Source: a virus | IMG/VR virus record: IMGVR_UViG_3300037467_000548 | Span: 1 to 47,401 of that record | Strand: one strand, 5' to 3' | DNA: 47,401 nucleotides | Shown here: one piece after another, positions 39,026 through 47,401 of the stretch | Layout: the number at the start of each line of letters is the position of its first letter | Numbering within the stretch: position 1 is the first letter of the stretch | Position numbers and translations under genes: made by a program | Notes under the pieces: model-generated | Seen by the model: only the letters and a program-made list of their open reading frames with translations | What the model was told of the DNA's origin: nothing | The model's database searches: none

Positions 39026-39598
39026 ATGGCACGTGGACTTCCGCGAACCCTTCAACGCGCCGCCGCTCGGGCGGCTGGTGTTGCCGTCCCCAAGGCTGGC
39101 TTCAGCATCAAGACTTCCGGCTCGGGCAACCGCTTCACTTCCATCCTGACCTTCAACGCGATGCAGATGACGGTGACGGATGCGCTGGCCTACGCCAGCC
39201 AGAAACTGTTCGACTTCGCCGACGGCAAGATCCGCATCAACGGCGGCACGGCAAAGCTTCAGTTCGCGGTGCTGACCACGCGCGCCTCGACCATCAACGA
39301 CAGTGCGTCGCTGACCTGGGGCCTTGGCTCTGCAGCGGCTTCCAGCGCCACGCTGGCGTCCACCATGCAGAACTTCATCGCAGTGACCACGCGCACGCTG
39401 GACGGCGCCACCACAGCTCTCTCCACGGCTTCGACGGCTGACGTGGTTTCGCCGGCAACGCTCGACGGAACGGGCACGGCAATCGACCTCTATCTCAACG
39501 TGGCATTCGCCACCGGCACCGACATCGATGCCGACGGCACGATCGCCGTCACCGGCACGATCACGCTGCTCTGGGAGCAGTGGGGCGACAACGTCTAA
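39026..39598 (+). CDS. Structural protein, possible capsid decoration/auxiliary (190 aa)
   Basis: Beta-rich and Thr/Ala-rich, lying between the portal and the scaffold. Confidence 0.45.
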   Translation: MARGLPRTLQRAAARAAGVAVPKAGFSIKTSGSGNRFTSILTFNAMQMTVTDALAYASQKLFDFADGKIRINGGTAKLQFAVLTTRASTINDSASLTWGLGSAAASSATLASTMQNFIAVTTRTLDGATTALSTASTADVVSPATLDGTGTAIDLYLNVAFATGTDIDADGTIAVTGTITLLWEQWGDNV

Positions 39599-39634
39599 GT
39601 TTTCACCTGAAACTTCAACAGAGGAAAATTTCCA

Positions 39635-40555
39635 ATGACAGATACGGCAGAAGCCGGGTCCGTTGCGGAGACGCAGGCGGGCAACCTGGAGAAGCCAGCG
39701 CCGACTGCGGACAACGGGTCCGCCGCAGAAAGCGCCAAGAGTTGGTTTGACGGTCTTTCCGAAGGCAACCGCAAACTTGCTGATGCAAAGGGCTGGACCA
39801 AACCGGATGTCAACATCGACAAGGTGGTGACCTCCTATGCCGAACTGGAAAAGCTGCAGGGCGCGAGCCTTCAGGTTCCAGCGGCCGACGCGGCGCCCGA
39901 GGAGTGGAAGAAATTCCACGACAAGCTCCCCGAGGCAATGCGACCGGTCGCGGCGGCAGACAAGATCGACTTCAAGCGCCCGGAAGGGCTCCCTGCTGAC
40001 CTGCCCTATGACGAGGGGCTGGCCAACACCTCCAAGAACTGGATGGTGGAAGCCGGCGTCACGGCAAAGCAGTCGCAGCTACTCCACGACAAGTTCGCGG
40101 GTCACATGGCCGAACTGGCGAAGCAGCACGCTGCCAGCCAGCAGGCCGAAACCGCCAAGGCGGTCGAGACGACCCACAACGAGCTCGTCAAGGACTGGGG
40201 GCCTACGGATAGCGACGGCTTCAAAGAGAAGCTGGAAACTGCCAACCGTGCGCTCAAGAAGCTCGGCCTGGTCGACGCCTACAAGGCAAAGGGCATCCTT
40301 CTCCAGGATGGCACGCTCACCGATCCCCAGATCGCCAGAGCGTTCCAGGCAGTCGGAGATGCGATGTTCAAGGAGGATCGTCTCGAAGGCGACGCTTCGC
40401 TTGGTGGGGGCAACCCCTTCAAGAAGAACGCAGCCGGAGAACGGAACATCTCGGCCATTTCAGCCCTCGTCAAAACCGACCCTGAGAAAGCCAGACGGCT
40501 TGCGAAGGAGGCGGGCGAAAACCCCGACCTCTGGATCTCATCCAACCCCCTCTGA
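39635..40555 (+). CDS. Scaffolding protein
   Basis: 306 aa, acidic and helical, immediately upstream of the major capsid protein. Confidence 0.65.
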   Translation: MTDTAEAGSVAETQAGNLEKPAPTADNGSAAESAKSWFDGLSEGNRKLADAKGWTKPDVNIDKVVTSYAELEKLQGASLQVPAADAAPEEWKKFHDKLPEAMRPVAAADKIDFKRPEGLPADLPYDEGLANTSKNWMVEAGVTAKQSQLLHDKFAGHMAELAKQHAASQQAETAKAVETTHNELVKDWGPTDSDGFKEKLETANRALKKLGLVDAYKAKGILLQDGTLTDPQIARAFQAVGDAMFKEDRLEGDASLGGGNPFKKNAAGERNISAISALVKTDPEKARRLAKEAGENPDLWISSNPL

Positions 40556-40598
40556 GTAGGGGTTACGCCGTCGCGCACCATCTGAAGGAAAGACTGAA

Positions 40599-41588
40599 AT
40601 GGCTGACGCCTATACCCGCATTTCGGACTCCATCGTCCCGTCCGTTTATGCCCAATACTCGTTCGAGGAGCATGTGCAGTCCCTGGAAATTTTCCAGGCC
40701 GGCATCCTCTTCAATGATCCGATGATCACTGCCAAGCTGAGCATGGGCGGCCGGTCGGTCGACATCCCCGGCTGGAAGGATCTCGGCAACGATCCGTCCG
40801 AGCCGGTCAATGACGACCCGACCGACTCGATCGAGATGAAGAAGATCGGTAGCCGGCGCGAGACGGCGGCCCGCAATGTCCGTGCACAGGCCTGGGGTAT
40901 CCCGGACCTGACCAGCATCCTTGCCGGTGACGATCCGCAGAAGGTCATCGTTCGGCGCCAGACCGACTACTGGCAGCGTGCGAACAAGCTGACGCTGATC
41001 TCGATCCTCAAGGGCGTCCTGGCGGACAACCTCGCCAACGACGGCGGCGACATGCAGCGCGCCACCGGCGCCTCCATCGTCGACACGGACATCATCGAGA
41101 CTGCCTATCTGATGGGCGATCGCGCCGACAAGTTCCGCACGATCTGGATGCACTCGAAGCAGATGAAGGCCCTCAAGCTGGCCGATCTGATCGACTACGT
41201 CCCGTCGTCGGAACAGGGCGGCATGATGATCCCGTACTACATGGGCCTGCGCGTGGTGGTGGACGACGATATCCCGGTTTCGACCGGCGTCTACACCGCG
41301 TTCATGTTCAAGGATCGCGCCATCATGTGGAACGAACTTCCGGTCAACACCGAGGGCGGCCCCCTCGAATTCGACCGTAAGCCGCGCCAGGCTCATGGTG
41401 GCGGCGTGACGGAGATGGTTTCTCGGCGCCACTTCGTTCCGCACGTTCCCGGCACGCGCTTCCTCGACGCCTCGACTGCTGGCGAGTTCGGCACCGACGC
41501 GGAACTGGCGCTCGCCGCCAATTGGGATCGCACCGCTTCCAGCCTCAAGAACATGACGTTCCTGGCGCTGAAGACCACCGAAGCCTGA
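40599..41588 (+). CDS. Major capsid protein
   Basis: 329 aa, following the scaffold. It has very high third-position GC and is followed by a terminator. Confidence 0.8.
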   Translation: MADAYTRISDSIVPSVYAQYSFEEHVQSLEIFQAGILFNDPMITAKLSMGGRSVDIPGWKDLGNDPSEPVNDDPTDSIEMKKIGSRRETAARNVRAQAWGIPDLTSILAGDDPQKVIVRRQTDYWQRANKLTLISILKGVLADNLANDGGDMQRATGASIVDTDIIETAYLMGDRADKFRTIWMHSKQMKALKLADLIDYVPSSEQGGMMIPYYMGLRVVVDDDIPVSTGVYTAFMFKDRAIMWNELPVNTEGGPLEFDRKPRQAHGGGVTEMVSRRHFVPHVPGTRFLDASTAGEFGTDAELALAANWDRTASSLKNMTFLALKTTEA

Positions 41589-41596
41589 TGAAGGCT

Positions 41597-41627
41597 GGGC
41601 GAGGGGTTTCCGCTCCTCGCCCTTTTC
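41597..41627 (+). terminator. Intrinsic terminator after the capsid gene
   Basis: GGGCGAGG-ggtttccgct-CCTCGCCC followed by TTTTCC. Confidence 0.7.
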
Positions 41628-41640
41628 CTACGGAGTTTCC

Positions 41641-41883
41641 ATGCCCTACAAGCCGACTGGCAGGCCCAACGGCCGCCCTCGCAAGAACCCTTTGCCTCCC
41701 GCGCCTGAGCCGCAGCGCCGCGTGCGCCGCGAGTTTGCGCCACCGCCGTCTCGCGCCTTTGTCTCGGCCGTAGCGCCTGAGCCATTCAAGGAGCCGGCCG
41801 ACACCAGCCCGCCCCTCATCGGCCAGCGCAAACGCGTCAAGCAGCGCCGGCCGTGTCTCATCCCCGCCCCGCTGAAAGCCTGA
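41641..41883 (+). CDS. Basic Pro/Arg-rich protein with an AT-hook-like GRPNGRPRK motif (80 aa)
   Basis: Composition and motif were read from the translation. Confidence 0.5.
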   Translation: MPYKPTGRPNGRPRKNPLPPAPEPQRRVRREFAPPPSRAFVSAVAPEPFKEPADTSPPLIGQRKRVKQRRPCLIPAPLKA

Positions 41884-41887
41884 CCGC

Positions 41888-42490
41888 ATGGCATCGCTCA
41901 CGCCGGAAGATGTGGCCAACATGGCGCTCGCCCTCCTGGACGAAGCGCCGATCGACAGCCTTGACCAAGACATCAAGGCCGCGCGGCTCATCAACCTGCA
42001 CTATGACCTGACGAGGGAAGCGGAACTCAGCAAGTATGCTTGGGTGTTCGCGATCCTGTCTGCCTCGATCGACGGCTCGGATACCGGTACCGGCGACTGC
42101 ACTCTGGCCTGGGCCTATGAACTCCCAGCAGACTGCCTGCGACCGCTTCCGCTCACCGACAACGGCGAGCCCGACGGTGTGCCGATCTCATGGCGCCAGG
42201 AGGCCGGGTTGGTCTACAGCAACATGTCGAGCCCGCGCATTATCCGCTACATCGCGAACCTCACCGATCCCAACGACTGGGATGCGCTGTTCACGGACGT
42301 GCTCGTTGCGGCTCTCGCGGTCAAGATCGCGCATCCGCTGACGCACAAGGCCGGCATGATCGACGTGGCTCGTAGCGCCTACCAGACAGCGCTCGATGCA
42401 GCTTACTCCGCACAGGCCATCCAGAGGCAGGGCAGGCTCACCACGACGACTTGGGCGCAGCAGCGCGGCGACTGGCGGCCCTTCCGCTGA
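41888..42490 (+). CDS. Tail tubular protein A / adaptor (T7 gp11-like)
   Basis: 200 aa with N-terminal EDVANMALALLDEAPIDSLD...AARL and YAWVFA. It lies upstream of the nozzle gene. Confidence 0.7.
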   Translation: MASLTPEDVANMALALLDEAPIDSLDQDIKAARLINLHYDLTREAELSKYAWVFAILSASIDGSDTGTGDCTLAWAYELPADCLRPLPLTDNGEPDGVPISWRQEAGLVYSNMSSPRIIRYIANLTDPNDWDALFTDVLVAALAVKIAHPLTHKAGMIDVARSAYQTALDAAYSAQAIQRQGRLTTTTWAQQRGDWRPFR

Positions 42491-44946
42491 TGGCAACGCT
42501 TTATCCGCAGCAGGACACCTTTGTTCGAGGCGAGATCAGCCCGCGGCTGCATTCCCGCGCGTCGCTGGACCTCTACCGTGCCGGCCTGTCCTCTTGCGTC
42601 AACTACATCACCCTGCCGCATGGCGGCATCCGCAAGCGGGGAGGGACATATTTCGCGGGCGAGGTGAAGGACTCGTCAAAGAAGACGCGCGGCATCCCGT
42701 TCATCTTCGCTGTCGATCAGGCCTATTTCCTTGAGTTCGGCGACCAGTACATCCGGGTCTATGCCTATGGCGCCCGTGTTGGCACGGTTGAGGTGGCTAG
42801 CCCATATCTCGAAGCTGATCTGTTCGAACTGTTCTTCACGCAGTCTGCCGATCAGATGTGGATCGCGCACCGCGACTACCTGCCAAAGGTGCTCACCCGC
42901 GAAGCGCACACCACTTGGACGCTGACCGACTGGCAGTTTCTCGACGGCCCTTACGACGACATCAACGAAACTTCCACGACGCTGACCCCATCCGAGGTAG
43001 GCGCTGTCCACCCGCTTATGACCGGCATGACTACGCCGAGCGGCACAGTCACTGGCAAGTACTCTGTCGGGAATGAGTGGCAAGCGTTCAATGACCCCGG
43101 CGGCAGCGACTATTACGACGGCTCTCATGGTGACGGCTGGATAGCGTATGACTTTCCTGGCGCCGCCACCAAGATATGCGATGCGTACTGGATCAAGGCC
43201 CATTCGGCGCACCCGGAATGGGCGCCTGTGACATGGACCTTCGAAGGCTACGACGGAACGAACTGGATCGTGATCGACAGTCGCGCTGCAGAGACAGGCT
43301 GGGGGCGCAATGAGAAGCGCTTCTATGAGTGCGCCAACAAGATCGCCTTCCAGTCCTACCGCTTGAACTGGACGGCCACCGACGACAGCAACCAGAACGA
43401 TAGCGATATCAAAAGCATGGGTTGGCACGAAGACGGCGACACGATGACGCCGTTCAACCTGACCGCCTCGTCTATTGTCGGCATCAACGATAATACAGGG
43501 TTCCAGCCGGCCGACGTCGGCCGCGCGATCCGCCTGCTAGGCTCCGATGGCATCTGGCGGTGGGCGAAGATCGCGAGCGTCGTCAGTACAACTGTGGTCA
43601 CCATCAGGCTCTACGGGCATTCGCTGCCGAACCTGAACCCGATCGCTCGCTGGCGTCTGGGGACGTTTGTCCCAGGCAAGTATGTGGAGAGTTCGGCTCT
43701 CTTCGAAGAGCGCCTGGCATTCAGCCGCAAGTTCTCGGTCTATGCCTCGGTGACTGGTGACTTTGACAACTTCGCGCTCGGCGAGGAAGACGACGACGCC
43801 ATGGAGTTCGAGCAGGCTGGCGGCGGGCAGGCCAATGATATCGTCTGGATCGCGGACTCGGACGGCGCGCTTCTCATTGGCACCAGCGGCGGCGTGCGCG
43901 CTCTTTCAGGCTCCGGTATCGATGAAGCGCTGACGCCATCCTCTTTCAAAAACAGGAAGTCCCGCACGCTTGGCTGCGCGCGCATTCGCCCGGTCGATGC
44001 AGGTCAGTCGTTCCTCTATGTGACGCGTTCGCGCAAGGCCATTGCCGAACTGACCCAAGTCCAGACCGGCCGCTACCAGTCGGATGACATCGGCCAAATT
44101 TCGGAGCACATCCCAAAGAAGGGTGTCGTGGAGATCGCCTATCAAACCGATCCTGATCCGATCCTTTGGTTTCCGCTGGATGACGGAGAGCTCGGTGGCT
44201 ACACCCACCAGCCATCTCAAGACGTTCGCGGCATGCACCGCCACCAGATCGCCGGCTCGTTCAGCGGATCGGACTACGCGGTTGTCGAGAGCGCATGCGT
44301 GACGCCCGGTCAGACTGGCGTCGATGACGTCTGGCTGATCGTGAAGCGCACGATCGGCGGGGTGACGAAGCGCTATATCGAGGTGATGCAGTCGCCGTTC
44401 GAATATGGCGACCTGAACGACGCTTTCGCGGTCGACTGCGGCCTGACCTATGAGGGCGCGGCCGTCGGGACGGTTTCTGGCCTCAGCCATCTCAATGGCG
44501 AGTCCGTGGACGTTCTCGCCGACGGCAAGGTCTACAAGGGCCTGACGGTTGGCTCGGGGCAGGCGACGCTACCTGCTGGCGCAACTGCTGCGAAGTGGCA
44601 AGTCGGCCTGCCATTCCAGGCTGACGCTGCAACATTGGAACTCGATGTTGGCGGCAAGGACGGGTCGATCTCCGGCCGGCGCAAGAAGGTCGCCAAGGTC
44701 ATCATGTCGTTGCTGGAGACAGACACCACCGGCTTGACGGTGCAGTCGTTTCTTCGAGGCAAATGGGAGCCTGTGCGCATTCCTTCGATCGTCGCGCCGG
44801 ACGGCCGCGCCAACCTTTTCACGGGCAACGTTGACGTTCCGATCGACGATAGCTGGGAAGGGCAGGGCCGCGTTCGCATTCGTCATTCCAATCCGACGCC
44901 TTGCACCATCCGGGCCTATACGCCTGTCTTCGATGCGGAGCCTTAG
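42490..44946 (+). CDS. Tail tubular protein B / nozzle (T7 gp12-like) with an inserted discoidin-like domain
   Basis: ATG 42490 overlaps the upstream TGA. Motifs are FVRGEISPRLHSRASLDLYRAGL and GGIRKRGG. Confidence 0.7.
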   Translation: MATLYPQQDTFVRGEISPRLHSRASLDLYRAGLSSCVNYITLPHGGIRKRGGTYFAGEVKDSSKKTRGIPFIFAVDQAYFLEFGDQYIRVYAYGARVGTVEVASPYLEADLFELFFTQSADQMWIAHRDYLPKVLTREAHTTWTLTDWQFLDGPYDDINETSTTLTPSEVGAVHPLMTGMTTPSGTVTGKYSVGNEWQAFNDPGGSDYYDGSHGDGWIAYDFPGAATKICDAYWIKAHSAHPEWAPVTWTFEGYDGTNWIVIDSRAAETGWGRNEKRFYECANKIAFQSYRLNWTATDDSNQNDSDIKSMGWHEDGDTMTPFNLTASSIVGINDNTGFQPADVGRAIRLLGSDGIWRWAKIASVVSTTVVTIRLYGHSLPNLNPIARWRLGTFVPGKYVESSALFEERLAFSRKFSVYASVTGDFDNFALGEEDDDAMEFEQAGGGQANDIVWIADSDGALLIGTSGGVRALSGSGIDEALTPSSFKNRKSRTLGCARIRPVDAGQSFLYVTRSRKAIAELTQVQTGRYQSDDIGQISEHIPKKGVVEIAYQTDPDPILWFPLDDGELGGYTHQPSQDVRGMHRHQIAGSFSGSDYAVVESACVTPGQTGVDDVWLIVKRTIGGVTKRYIEVMQSPFEYGDLNDAFAVDCGLTYEGAAVGTVSGLSHLNGESVDVLADGKVYKGLTVGSGQATLPAGATAAKWQVGLPFQADAATLELDVGGKDGSISGRRKKVAKVIMSLLETDTTGLTVQSFLRGKWEPVRIPSIVAPDGRANLFTGNVDVPIDDSWEGQGRVRIRHSNPTPCTIRAYTPVFDAEP

Positions 44947-44947
44947 A

Positions 44948-45403
44948 ATGTGCACATTCGCTCTCCTCGGGCTTGGTCTCTCCGTGGCTGGTGGCGTTGT
45001 AGAGGGCGCTCAACAGCAGCAGATGGCCAACTACCAGGCCAAGGCCTATGAGCAGCAGGCACAAGCCGATGCACAGGCCTCCGCATTCGAACAGGCCCAG
45101 GAGCGGAAGAAGCAGGAGCTTCAGCAAGCGGCCGCGCGTGCTCAGGTCGGAGCATCTGGTGTTGCCGTCTCCGGATCGCCGACGGAAGTCCTCGCCGCCA
45201 ATGCCCGGCAGGGCCAGCTCGACCTCAAGGCCATCCAGTACGGCTCGCAGATCAGGCAGAACAACCTGCGCACCCAGGCCGACATCACCCGCTATCAGGG
45301 CAAGCAGCAGTTCGGCGCCGGCATCTTCAAGGCGGTAACCGGTGGCGTGACCGGGCTTGCGAAAATTCAGATGGGCCAGTCTCCTTTTTCGGCGAGTTTC
45401 TGA
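44948..45403 (+). CDS. Internal virion protein (gp14-like position), 151 aa
   Basis: An N-terminal transmembrane segment is followed by a Gln/Ala-rich coiled coil. ATG is at 44948. Confidence 0.55.
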   Translation: MCTFALLGLGLSVAGGVVEGAQQQQMANYQAKAYEQQAQADAQASAFEQAQERKKQELQQAAARAQVGASGVAVSGSPTEVLAANARQGQLDLKAIQYGSQIRQNNLRTQADITRYQGKQQFGAGIFKAVTGGVTGLAKIQMGQSPFSASF

Positions 45404-45406
45404 CCT

Positions 45407-47401
45407 ATGGCGACAATTCCTCTGCAGGTTGCCACCAAGTCGCTGGATACTGGTTCGACCGTTTCCTATCCTCAAGGCGGCGAGATCGGTCGTGCCATGC
45501 AGCAGGCCGGCGGTGAACTGACGCAGCTCGCCGACTATGCGCAGCAGCGCCAGTCTCAAATGGACCGCTTCAAGCGGATCGCGGTCGAGAACGAGTTTGA
45601 CCAGGCCGTCGCCAACCAGTCGGAGGAATTCGCCCGCAATGCGCCTGCCGACGGTTCCGGCATCCATGACGGCATCGTTGGCCAGATAGACCCGACGACC
45701 GGCGCTGTGACCAAGCCGGGCCTGTTCGATAACCTCGCCACCCAGTTCCGGGATCGCGTGCCGGCAAGCCAGCGCGGCTATTTCGACGCCACGCTTTCAG
45801 CGAAGCGGCTTTCGGTCTCGGGCTCGGCCGCATCGACGCAGTACGCACAGGAGCAGAAATACGCGACGCTCCAAACGTCGAAGATACAGGACGGTCTGCT
45901 AAACTCTATCCTGCAGTCCGATCCAGGAGATACTGCTTCCTTCGACGCGTACAAGGAGAAGGGGCGAACCGTTATCGAGGCGAGCCCGCTTGCGCCTTTG
46001 GCGAAACAGGCCGCGCTCGAAGCATGGGATCAGCAGGCACCAAAGGCGCTCGCTCAAGCGATCACCGCGCGTGATCCGGGCAAACTGCGCGCGATGCTCG
46101 GCATGGCGCCGAAAGAGGCCACTGGCGGCAATGCCGTTGATGAAGTGACCAACCGGATCATCGGGGTAGAGAGCGGTGGAAACCCCAACGCGAAAAACCC
46201 CAACTCCTCCGCGTCTGGCGTCGGGCAATTTCTGGACTCGACGTGGGTAGCGACCGTCCGCCAGCATCGTCCGGACATCGCCGCTGGCAAGAGTGCTGCA
46301 GAGATCATTGCGCTGAAGGGCGACCGCGCTCTCGGGCGCGAGATGACCCGAGCATACCAGCAGGACAATGCGGACTATCTGACCAACCGCGGCCTGCCGA
46401 CGACGCCCGGCAACATCTACCTTGCTCACTTCCTCGGACCGGCTGGCGCCACCGAAGTGCTGAAGGCCGATCCGAGCACGCCCGTTGTCAACGTCGTGGG
46501 TCAGGAAGTCGTCAACGCGAACCCCTTCCTGAAAGGCATGTCTGCAGCCGATACGGCGGCATGGGCGGCCAAGAAGATGGGGGGTGCGGCTTCTGCCTCG
46601 AAGCCCGATCCTCGCTTCGCCAACCTTGCGCCGGAAGATCGCTTGTCGCTTGCCAATGCGGATGACGTGGCCTTTCGCCAGCAGCAGGCGGCTGACCGCG
46701 CCCAAGCCAACGCTGACTATTCCGCCTACAAAGACTCTATGGAACTCGGCATCGTTCAGGGCAAGGTCTCCGACGAGGGCCTGATCTCCAACGACACGGT
46801 GCTGAAGGACGGCGACAAGGCGACGCTGATCCGCTCACTGCGTGCGCAGAACGAGACGATCAACCAGACGCAGGCCGATCTGTCGGCGCTCGCCAGCGGC
46901 GGCTTCACGGTCGACCCCTATGCCACCAAGGACCGAACGCGAGTTGACAACGTCTACGCCGAGTCTCTGAAGCACGTCCCCCAAGACAAACAGGGCGCGG
47001 TGACGACAGAGATCATCCGGCAGACCGGTGTGGTTCCCCAGCCAGTCGTCAACAACATGCGGCAAGGGCTTGCCAGCCAAGATCCGGCACAGGTCGCCGC
47101 CGCCGCACAGACCGCACAGCGGATATCGCAGTTGAACCCGGCTGCTCTCGGGCGCCGCGACGGTGGCAGTGAGGTGCAGAAGTCTGCCGATGACTTCACG
47201 CACATGGTCAACGACCTGAACATGTCGCCGACGGACGCCGCGAAGCGCCTGATCGATCTGCGCGACCCGAAGGCGCAGCAGACCCGCAAGGCGTTGGAGC
47301 CGGCCGCGAAAGAATTCATCAAGTCGCTGGCCGACGTCGATATCGCGTCGGAGTTCAAGACGGGGTTTCTCGGCGGTACGCCGTCGCTCGGCATCACGCC
47401 A
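45407..47401 (+). CDS. Internal virion protein with a lytic transglycosylase (SLT) domain; continues at base 1 across the circular junction
   Basis: The motif NRIIGVESGGNPNAKNPNSSASGVGQFLDSTW lies at about 46151-46247. No stop occurs before the window end. The gene is absent from the ORF track because it is open-ended. Confidence 0.8.
   Translation, partial: MATIPLQVATKSLDTGSTVSYPQGGEIGRAMQQAGGELTQLADYAQQRQSQMDRFKRIAVENEFDQAVANQSEEFARNAPADGSGIHDGIVGQIDPTTGAVTKPGLFDNLATQFRDRVPASQRGYFDATLSAKRLSVSGSAASTQYAQEQKYATLQTSKIQDGLLNSILQSDPGDTASFDAYKEKGRTVIEASPLAPLAKQAALEAWDQQAPKALAQAITARDPGKLRAMLGMAPKEATGGNAVDEVTNRIIGVESGGNPNAKNPNSSASGVGQFLDSTWVATVRQHRPDIAAGKSAAEIIALKGDRALGREMTRAYQQDNADYLTNRGLPTTPGNIYLAHFLGPAGATEVLKADPSTPVVNVVGQEVVNANPFLKGMSAADTAAWAAKKMGGAASASKPDPRFANLAPEDRLSLANADDVAFRQQQAADRAQANADYSAYKDSMELGIVQGKVSDEGLISNDTVLKDGDKATLIRSLRAQNETINQTQADLSALASGGFTVDPYATKDRTRVDNVYAESLKHVPQDKQGAVTTEIIRQTGVVPQPVVNNMRQGLASQDPAQVAAAAQTAQRISQLNPAALGRRDGGSEVQKSADDFTHMVNDLNMSPTDAAKRLIDLRDPKAQQTRKALEPAAKEFIKSLADVDIASEFKTGFLGGTPSLGITP
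47275..47401. repeat. Second copy of the 127-bp terminal overlap
   Basis: Identical to bases 1-127. Confidence 0.95.

Noticed and set aside
1-47401. Search for a CRISPR array, a reverse transcriptase (retron or DGR), tRNA or tmRNA genes, and canonical IS inverted repeats.
   Set aside because: I saw no spaced repeat arrays, no RT motif (YxDD context) in any ORF, no cloverleaf-compatible tRNA, and no tnpA or terminal inverted repeats. This was only a visual scan, so small or degenerate elements could have been missed.

Overview
The window is a complete, circularly closed genome of a temperate, high-GC podovirus-like phage. Bases 1-127 are identical to 47275-47401, giving a unit length of 47,274 bp. 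The host is probably an alphaproteobacterium of Rhizobiales type, inferred from the GapR/DUF2312 homolog, the DnaA domain IV protein, the GC content and apparently leaderless promoters.

The layout is lambdoid, with two arms diverging from a repressor/cro switch at about 25.0-26.6 kb:
- The rightward arm runs 26617 through the junction to 10229. It carries cro-like and GapR-like genes, replication genes (DUF1064, DUF1376, a DnaA domain IV protein) and a NusG/RfaH-like late regulator. These are followed by terS, a terL split into two ORFs, and a T7-like virion core (portal, scaffold, major capsid protein, tail tubular A/B, three internal core proteins including a lytic transglycosylase protein that wraps the junction). 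The arm ends with an HNH cassette, a tail fiber, a methyltransferase moron and the lysis cassette.
- The leftward arm runs from 24967 down to 11621. It holds many small early genes, an SSB-like protein, Lar-MazG, DNA methyltransferases, two HNH genes, a tnpB, xis, int, an integrase-arm-domain/HNH-like fusion, a putative attP, and a cluster of small genes.

Best candidates for something new, in descending order of my interest:
1. A catalytically intact TnpB is joined by start/stop overlaps to the early operon, with an RNA-like 3' extension and no tnpA.
2. A paralog of the integrase arm-binding domain is fused to a degenerate HNH/EndoVII-like domain next to phased repeats (attP candidate).
3. 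A two-gene module (78-aa protein plus DUF2335 membrane protein) sits where lambda has rexAB, between the repressor and PL, with its own apparently leaderless promoter.

All product names rest on motif recognition by eye. No database search or RNA folding was possible.
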